Below are positions 7,497 through 13,405 of a stretch of 13,405 nt of DNA, in pieces; position 1 is the first letter of the stretch, and the number at the start of each line of letters is the position of its first letter. The notes under the pieces are model-generated. The model ran no database searches. It was not told where the DNA came from and worked only from the letters and a program-made list of their open reading frames with translations. This DNA comes from Myxococcota bacterium (GTDB lineage: Bacteria > Myxococcota_A > UBA9160 > PR03). The stretch is from contig JBFIML010000069.1 of NCBI GenBank assembly GCA_041611735.1, positions 1-13,405 of the forward strand, written 5' to 3'. A program made the position numbers and the translations under genes.

Positions 7497-7833
7497 ATGT
7501 CCCGATCCACCAAGTCCGGCGTGATCGTCATTGCGGCAGTGGCCGCTTCCCTCGGCGCTTGTGCCAGCAACTGGGTCCGCGTCGGAATCCGAAGTCCAGC
7601 GCCCACTCGAGCAGCGTGAGCAGGAATTCGCCTCGCTGCAGAGCACCGTGCGCGATCAGAAGGAGGACCTGTCGCTGAGCCAGTCGCGCGTTCAGGTCCT
7701 CGAGCGCGAGATCCAGAATGCGAGCCCCCCCGCGGTGTCCTCGGCTCCGCCGAGCCGCAGCGGCGCGATCGCTTCCGGCGCCGACCTCCCCATCGCTCGC
7801 CCATCGACCCGGGCGGTTCGGACCTTGAGATGA
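7497..7833 (+). pseudogene. Frameshifted lipoprotein with a coiled coil, probably also truncated
   Basis: AAGGAG RBS, then signal peptide MSRSTKSGVIVIAAVAASLGA-C (lipobox LGAC). Removing one base at ~7569 joins it to TGSASESEVQRPLEQREQEFASLQSTVRDQKEDLSLSQSRVQVLEREIQ. Confidence 0.65.
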
Positions 7834-7864
7834 ACGGTCACCGACCGGAGACGGTGCGTCAAAC

Positions 7865-8443
7865 CTACGACTCGACTGGGCGTCGCCGGCCCAGGAACCG
7901 CGGAATTCGGCGCCGGTAGGCCTCGTACGCCTTGCCGAGGCGGGCCTCGAGCCACGGCTCCTCCGTGAAGGGCGCCAACGCGAACCAGGCCATCCCCAAC
8001 CAGGAGACCAGCCAGCCGCGACCCGAGTTGCAGAGAATCGCCCAGCCCAAGAGAAGCACGATGTCGCCCACGTACTGCGGGTTCCGCGTGTAACGATAGG
8101 GGCCGTCCTCGACCAGGCCGCCCCCGAGGCCCAGGGTCGCGTGCCGCCCGAGCGTGAGGATGCCCCATTCCGCGAACGCCAGGCCGCCCGTCGCCAGCGT
8201 CACGCCGAGGGGAAAGCGAAGCCAGTGGTCGAGGCGCGCGGTGTTCCAGTCGAGAATTCCCACCGCCACGATGCCGAGGGCCGAGACCACGGTCAGTGTC
8301 CAGACACACCAGAACTGCCAGGTGGACCGACCTGGCGGCGGCCACACCCGGAGCGGCGGGTGGATCACGGTGAGGATCAGCCCGGCACCGAGCAGCAGCT
8401 CGGCGGCCACGGTGATCGTGAACACCAGATCCAGGATCTCCAC
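7865..8443 (-). CDS. ICMT/PEMT-family integral membrane methyltransferase (~192 aa)
   Basis: Several hydrophobic helices, LVEDGPYRYTRNPQYVG and the C-terminal EEPWLEARLGKAYEAYRRRIPRF motif. GTG start lies 5 bp after the upstream stop. Confidence 0.88.
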   Translation of the reverse strand: MEILDLVFTITVAAELLLGAGLILTVIHPPLRVWPPPGRSTWQFWCVWTLTVVSALGIVAVGILDWNTARLDHWLRFPLGVTLATGGLAFAEWGILTLGRHATLGLGGGLVEDGPYRYTRNPQYVGDIVLLLGWAILCNSGRGWLVSWLGMAWFALAPFTEEPWLEARLGKAYEAYRRRIPRFLGRRRPVES

Positions 8444-8448
8444 GACTC

Positions 8449-9078
8449 TCAGCCCTTCGTGCCCGATGCGACGAAGAGCGTCGCGAAGTGGAGCGGGAAG
8501 TCGCGGCGGCGGTAGCCAGCCAGCCGCTTCTCGAGCGGCTCCCAGGTCTGGCGGGTGCAGTCGGCGGCGCCGATCCGATCGAGCAGCCGACACGCGAGCG
8601 ATCGGCGCTCGAACCAGCCCTCCATGAGCACGACGCGGGTGCCCTCGGGCAGCATCTCGTGGATGTCGCCGTACACCGCGTCGTAGTCGGGAAAACAAGC
8701 CAGGGCCAGGCTCATCAGCAGCTTGGGCGGCTCGGGAGGGGCGACGAAGAGCTCACGGAGCGCGTCGCGGTCCCGAGCGACGTCCAGCCGATGCAGCTCG
8801 ATGCGCTCCTCGTCCAGGCCGCGGCGGCCGATCCGGCGCCTGGCGCGCGCCAGCATCGCCGCGGTTCCATCGACGCCGACCACCTGGCCGGCAGGCCCGA
8901 TTCGCGCCAGGAGCCTCTCGAAGCTCACGCGCGTGCCGCAGAAGAGATCGACCAGGCGATCACCGGCTCGAAGCTGCAGCTCCTCGATGGCCGCGGCGCG
9001 CGCCTGGCGGTAGGGCCAGTCGTGAAACGCGTCGATGAGAAACGAGAATCGCTCGTAGTGATCGAGTACCTCGGTCAT
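8449..9078 (-). CDS. Class I SAM-dependent methyltransferase (UbiE-like fold), 209 aa
   Basis: LQLRAGDRLVDLFCGTR (variant motif I) and IGPAGQVVGVDGTAAMLARAR (post-I). ATGA overlap with the upstream gene. Confidence 0.85.
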   Translation of the reverse strand: MTEVLDHYERFSFLIDAFHDWPYRQARAAAIEELQLRAGDRLVDLFCGTRVSFERLLARIGPAGQVVGVDGTAAMLARARRRIGRRGLDEERIELHRLDVARDRDALRELFVAPPEPPKLLMSLALACFPDYDAVYGDIHEMLPEGTRVVLMEGWFERRSLACRLLDRIGAADCTRQTWEPLEKRLAGYRRRDFPLHFATLFVASGTKG

Positions 9079-9719
9079 CGGATCTTCGCCGGCTCTACAA
9101 CGCGCTCGAGACGACCGATCCCGGGAAGGAAGCGCCCGACCCGGGACGCATAGGCGCGGTATGCATCCCCATGCATGGCGAGTAGATGCCCCTCTTCGAG
9201 CCGCGTCTGACGCCCCACCGCGACCGCTGCGGCGGCCCACAGAAGCAGGCCCCAAAGGCAGGGCACTGCGAGCGCCACTCCCGCCAGCAGGACCAGCAGC
9301 CCGGTGAAGATCGGGTTTCGCACTACGCCGAAGAGTCCGCTCTCGACCAGCGGCGTCTCCGCGTCGTCGATCCCGATCCGAAAGGACGCGCCCATCTGGC
9401 GCTGCGCAAGCGCGACAAGCCCGAGCCCCGCGAGCCCGAGCAGCAGCCCGAACCCCACGACGGCGGGCGGCACGTCCCACACCCCGAGTACTCCAGGGCC
9501 GCGCACCGCGTAGATGACAACGAAAGCCACCACGGCGAGCTGGATGCCGAGGAAGGCCAGCGCGACGAGCCTCTGGCCCGGTGCCGTCTCGCGATGCAGG
9601 GTCACGGCCCAGACGCCCGTCTCGCGCCGTAGCCGCGTTACGGGCCACACCATCAGCACGAGCACGAAGGCCACGAGCAGCAGCGGGAGCGCCCAGCGCG
9701 CGATCTCGAATACGTCCAT
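9075..9719 (-). CDS. Isoprenylcysteine carboxyl methyltransferase (ICMT/PEMT) family membrane protein, 214 aa
   Basis: QMGASFRIGID...LVESGLFGVVRNPIFTG...EEGHLLAMHGDAYRAYASRVGRF, with a GGAGG RBS upstream of ATG 9719. Confidence 0.92.
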   Translation of the reverse strand: MDVFEIARWALPLLLVAFVLVLMVWPVTRLRRETGVWAVTLHRETAPGQRLVALAFLGIQLAVVAFVVIYAVRGPGVLGVWDVPPAVVGFGLLLGLAGLGLVALAQRQMGASFRIGIDDAETPLVESGLFGVVRNPIFTGLLVLLAGVALAVPCLWGLLLWAAAAVAVGRQTRLEEGHLLAMHGDAYRAYASRVGRFLPGIGRLERVVEPAKIR

Positions 9720-9757
9720 CGGAAACCTCCACACCGCAAGGCGACTTCGGGTAGGAT

Positions 9758-9773
9758 CCGAGCAATTGCTCGG
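9758..9773. promoter_or_regulatory. Putative TetR operator
   Basis: Perfect palindrome CCGAGCAATTGCTCGG in the 87-bp divergent intergenic region. It extends imperfectly over ~9746-9787. A second palindrome CTCGGAtTCCGAG lies at 9782-9794. Confidence 0.75.
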
Positions 9774-9806
9774 TTTCGCTACTCGGATTCCGAGACAGCC
9801 CTCCCG

Positions 9807-10448
9807 ATGCCGCCCCAGCGCCCCACAACCCCCCGAAAGCAACCCTCCCAGGGCCGATCGCGCATCGCCGTCGAGGCCATTCTGGACGCAGCGGCTCAGG
9901 TTCTGGAAGAGCGCGGCTACACAGCCGGCACGACCAATCGGATCGCAGAGCGGGCCGGCGTCTCGATCGGATCGCTCTACGAGTACTTCCCCAACAAGGA
10001 CGCGGTCGTGGTTGCGCTCGCCGAGCGCGAGATCGAGGCCGAGCGGTGCGCGATCCTGGAGCTTCTGTCAGGCGCACCCGCAAAGGAAAGCCTCGCGTCG
10101 ATCCTGCCACGCTTCGTCGAGACGGTCGTGGGCTTCCACGCGAGACGCCCCGCCCTGCACCGCATCCTCTTCGAGGAGGCCGCTCACCCGTCGCAGGCTC
10201 ACGCCTGTGTGCTGCGCTTCGAGGAGTCCCTGGCCCACGTTTTGGAGGCCATCCTGCGGCGGCGCCGCCTCGCGGTCCGCGATCCCGACGTCGCTGCCCA
10301 CCTTGTTGTGCAGACCACCGAGAGCCTCGCTCATCGCTTCGTCCTGCGCGGCATCCACGAGCTCGACCGGGACGCCTTCGTCAGCGAGCTGACGCAGCTC
10401 CTCGAGCGCTATCTCGGAGGCTCGTCACGAACCCGCAAGCGGTCCTGA
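9807..10448 (+). CDS. TetR/AcrR-family transcriptional regulator, 213 aa
   Basis: PRKQPSQGRSRIAVEAILDAAAQVL...TTNRIAERAGVSIGSLYEYFPNKDA is a TetR HTH. Confidence 0.95.
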   Translation: MPPQRPTTPRKQPSQGRSRIAVEAILDAAAQVLEERGYTAGTTNRIAERAGVSIGSLYEYFPNKDAVVVALAEREIEAERCAILELLSGAPAKESLASILPRFVETVVGFHARRPALHRILFEEAAHPSQAHACVLRFEESLAHVLEAILRRRRLAVRDPDVAAHLVVQTTESLAHRFVLRGIHELDRDAFVSELTQLLERYLGGSSRTRKRS

Positions 10449-11009
10449 GTCCTTCTCGCGCTCGGCCTCGCAGCTCTCGCCGCGAACGCCTTCCATCCCC
10501 TCGCGCACCAGCCACGGCACCATCGCCAGTGCCGCCACGGGATCCGCCCACCACCAGCCAGCGGTCGAATTGCCGACGAGCCCGAGGAGAAGGGCGAGGG
10601 AGAGGTACGAGCACGCCAGCGTCTCTTTGGCCTCTGCCCGCAGGGCCGCGCGAAGCTTGTCGAGGGAGACGATCGGCATGATGACGAGCGATGCGGCGGC
10701 GAGCACGATGCCGACCCAGCTCTCCTGGGGAACCTCCTGCTGCCAGAGGGTCGAGACCGACTGCACCCTGACGTAGGCCGCCAGGGGCAGGAACGTCCCA
10801 TTCACGAAACGGTGCACCCGCCGCTCCGCTCGCTCGAGGGTGCGAGGGTCCGCGCCGTGTGCCTCGAGGGCCAGGCGCCAGAGCAGGACCCCCGCCGCGG
10901 CACACTCGACCACGCTGTCCAGCCCGCAGCCCACGAGAGCGATGCTCTCGGCCTCGGCGCCGAACCAGAGCGCGATCACCGCCTCGATCACGTTGTAGGC
11001 GAGGGTCGC
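10425..11009 (-). pseudogene. Cation-efflux (CDF-like, TM-domain only) transporter, 5'-truncated and degenerate
   Basis: TLAYNVIEAVIAL...SIALVGCGLDSVVE...ALRAEAKETLACSYLS...GWWWADPVAAL. It has no native start, because the sequence above ~11010 is antisense PIN gene. The segment KLRAALRAEA looks shortened relative to the family. Confidence 0.78.
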
Positions 11010-11010
11010 T

Positions 11011-11274
11011 CCGGCTTCGAAGAAGCGTCGCGCCATCGAGACGTACCTCGAGGAGGTGGTGCGGATGGCGCTTCCCATCCTCCCCTACGACGAGGAGTCG
11101 GCGACCTGGCACGCCCGCGAGCGTGCACGCTTGGGCCGCCGCGGGCGACCCCCCTCTGCCGCCGACGGGCAGATCGCGGCCATCGCCCGCGTCAACGAGC
11201 TGGTGCTCGTCACTGCGAACGTGCGCGACTTCCGGCGATCCGAGGGACTCTCGGTCTAGGACTGGAGCCGTTGA
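11011..11274 (+). pseudogene. vapC: Type II TA VapC/FitB-like PIN toxin, C-terminal fragment with a premature stop
   Basis: PASKKRRAIETYLEEVV..LPILPYDEESATWHARERARL..GRPPSAADGQIAAIARVNELVLVTANVRDF..GLSV*DW. The N-terminal LDTN motif is absent, and TAG at 11257 interrupts the usual V-E-D-W tail. Confidence 0.85.
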
Positions 11275-11409
11275 TGGCGTATCCGGCGTCGGTGGTGAGA
11301 CCTTGCGGTTGGCGAGGAACGGATCGGCGAAAGAAGCGGCGTTTCGGAGGTCCGATAAGCCTCGGAGCGACAACTCCCCGGGGGATCTCGGCCTAGAGCG
11401 GCCGAAGGG

Positions 11410-11550
11410 CACCTGCACGGCGGGATCGGCGTCGACATCGACTACCCGATCCACCGCTACTACCTCTGGGAACGCCAGATCGAGCTGACCCTCGGCTCGG
11501 GCGCCGAGCAGCTCGCGCGGCTGGGGGACGAGCTGGCGCGCACGCCCGGC
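11410..11550 (+). pseudogene. Acyl-CoA dehydrogenase C-terminal fragment
   Basis: HLHGGIGVDIDYPIHRYYLWERQIELTLGSGAEQLARLGDELA matches the ACAD C-terminal HGGxG...YP..R motif. It has no start codon and is absent from the ORF track. Confidence 0.8.
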
Positions 11551-11775
11551 CGGGCTCGATCCCAGGTAGGCGTTCGTTTCCCAGGCCGTCCGTCGAGGAT
11601 CTGCGACGCGATCGAGTGGGGCAAAGACCCCCCCTTTTTCTTTTCGTCAGGGACTTCCGACCTCACTGCCATTGACGCGTGGGCCCAGCGCTACGCGGAT
11701 GTGGAGAGGGAGTCGGCCGACCGAGCCTCGACGGCGGTTTTCCGAGCAAGAAGCCTCGTTCGGCCGACGCGAGAC

Positions 11776-12627
11776 TGTAGTGCTCCCCCGCAGTCAAGCC
11801 ACCGCGGTTAGTTGTTGAGCTCGATACTCGAGCGGACTCCTGTAGCCGAGCGCCTGGTGAGGGCGCTCCTCGTTGTACCAGCGGATCCAGCGAGCGATCG
11901 CAGCCTTGGCCTCTCGGAAGCCCGAGAAGACGTGTTGCCACGTGCATTCCTCTTTCAGGCTCCGGAAGAAGCGCTCGATCATCCCGTTCTGCTCCGGCGT
12001 GTAGGGCGTGATGAACTCCTGGCGAAGCCGGTAGTCCCGACACGCCGCCCGGAAGCGACGACTCTGGAAGATGAGCCCGTTGTCGCTTCGGACGACCGGA
12101 GTCCTACCCCGAGGGCGAAGGGTCCCGAAGCGAGCGATACAGGCTTCCTCCAGGGCTCGCTCGGCCTCCTTGGCCCGGCCTCGCAGGGCGAACTCCCAGC
12201 CCACGATCTCGCGATCATGGCAATCGATCACCGCGGCCAGGTGTCCCCAACCGTCGCGCCCACAGGGAATATGGGTCACGTCCAGGGCCCAGCGCTGGTC
12301 GCTCCGCTCGGCCCGACTTCGAAGCTTCCGGACCCGAGGCCGGGGTGTCACCCGGCGCTGGTGGACGAACCAGCCCTGGAGCCGAAGCACCCGATAGACC
12401 GCCTTCCGGTTCACGCGAACGCCCTCGCGGAAGCAAAGCATTGCCCAGATCCGCCGGTACCCGAACGTCGGATGAGCCTGGATCAGCCGATGGATCCGAG
12501 CCGCCAAGACCTCATCGAGAACGGGAGTCTTCGGCGGCCTCTTGGCGATCTGGAGCGCCGAGCGAGCGATCCCGAGCCGATCGCAGATCCGCCGAAGCGA
12601 AGCGTGGGGGAAAACTTCCTTCACTCG
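11776..12627 (-). mobile_element. IS3-family element, right part, interrupted at ~12627 by an IS21 element
   Basis: TG-starting terminus TGTAGTGCTCCCCCG at 11776 lies just beyond the transposase stop. OrfA and the left end are not in the window. Confidence 0.82.
11794..12627 (-). pseudogene. IS3-family transposase OrfB (HTH_21 + rve DDE), separated from its 5' part
   Basis: HPTFGYRRIWAML...VNRKAVYRVL, WALDVTHI, VIDCHDREIVGW, RSDNGLIF, PYTPEQNGMIERFFRSLKEE and YNEERPHQALGYRSP. The 24 N-terminal residues of the track ORF derive from the IS21 end. Confidence 0.9.
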
Positions 12628-13405
12628 TGTCGCCGGACGAGGTAGTTCAGGGCTAAGGCGACACCCGGATTCGCGCACCTCCTGCGGAGGCGGTGCCATG
12701 GGACTCCAGGGGGGAGTCGCCCATGGGCCGCCGGCTGAGGCAGGGGGAAGTGATGACGATCGAGGTGCTTGCGGAGCGCGGGGTGCCCAAGCGGGCGATC
12801 GCGCGGCAGCTGGGGGTGGCGGAGAGCTCGGTGCGCTACCGGCTCGGCCGCCGGGCGAGCGGGGCCATCGACGGTCGGAGCCGGCAGGCCTTCGCCGTGC
12901 AGCCGTGGGCCGAGGCCATCGCCGTGTGGATGAGCTGGCGCGGAGCGGGCGGCTGCAACGTGGCGGAGCTGCACGCCTGGCTCGTGGCGGAGCACGGCTA
13001 CGCGGGGAGTGTGCGGTCGGTGCAGCGGTTCGTGCGGCGGCACTACCCGCCGCCGCGGCTGCGGACGCGCCGGCGCGTGGAGACGCCGCCGGGAGCGCAG
13101 GCTCAGGTCGACTGGTCGGCGTGGCCGGGGATCGTGGTGGGCGGCGAGCGGCTGGACTTGCTGGCGCTGCACCTGGTGCTGTCCTGGTCGCGGATGGAGG
13201 CGGTGGTGTGGTCGCTGCGCAAGCACCTGTTGGCGTGGCTGTGGGCGCACAACCAGGTGCTGCGGCGGATCGGCGGCGTGCCGGCGGTCATGCGCGTGGA
13301 CAACGAGCGCACCGCGGTGGTGCGCGGGGCTGGTCCCTCGGGCAAGGTGCACCCGGCCTACGCGGCCTATGCCCGGGCGCTGCGCTTCCACGTGGACGTC
13401 ACGCG
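12628..13405 (+). mobile_element. IS21-family element (left end and istA), continuing beyond the window
   Basis: Begins TGTCGCCGGACG about 95 bp upstream of istA, where IS3 similarity stops. The exact end is inferred from the TG dinucleotide. Confidence 0.8.
12723..13405 (+). CDS. istA: IS21-family transposase IstA, partial (open to the window edge)
   Basis: GGGGGGAG RBS, then MGRRLRQGEVMTIEVLAERGVPKRAIARQLGV...HGYAGSVRSVQRFVR...RRVETPPGAQAQVDW...LVLSWSR...GGVPAVMRVDNE. Missing from the track because there is no stop in the window. Confidence 0.92.
   Translation, partial: MGRRLRQGEVMTIEVLAERGVPKRAIARQLGVAESSVRYRLGRRASGAIDGRSRQAFAVQPWAEAIAVWMSWRGAGGCNVAELHAWLVAEHGYAGSVRSVQRFVRRHYPPPRLRTRRRVETPPGAQAQVDWSAWPGIVVGGERLDLLALHLVLSWSRMEAVVWSLRKHLLAWLWAHNQVLRRIGGVPAVMRVDNERTAVVRGAGPSGKVHPAYAAYARALRFHVDVT

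Noticed and set aside
9079..10110. Upstream part of the 553-aa minus ORF (8449-10110)
   Set aside because: It is an off-frame overlap with the ICMT and tetR genes. The real methyltransferase starts at 9078.
11618..11644. Possible intrinsic terminator GGGG-CAAAGA-CCCC followed by a T-rich run
   Set aside because: The stem is only about 4 bp and there is no intact gene upstream, so it is too weak to call.

Overview
High-GC bacterial accessory region bounded by insertion-sequence debris. Left end: a truncated IS66 tnpB is fused tail-to-tail to a frameshifted IS21 istA remnant that still has its left end. Immediately next to that end is a 22-bp copy of a tRNA 3' end (probably tRNA-Asp) with candidate integrase arm repeats, which suggests a genomic-island att site. 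Core cargo: (i) a translationally coupled signalling operon (CheB-CheR-PAS fusion, PAS/HisKA_3 kinase, NarL-type regulator), followed by a broken single-domain receiver gene and a frameshifted lipoprotein gene that share an upstream AGATC-N9-GATTGCGTAGTTC motif; (ii) a TetR gene transcribed divergently from a three-methyltransferase operon (ICMT/PEMT-like, class I SAM, ICMT/PEMT-like), with a perfect 16-bp palindrome between them. The right part is a set of gene fragments (cation transporter, VapC/PIN toxin, acyl-CoA dehydrogenase), then an IS3-family transposase interrupted by a second IS21 element that runs off the window. All calls come from motif recognition by eye; no database searches were run.
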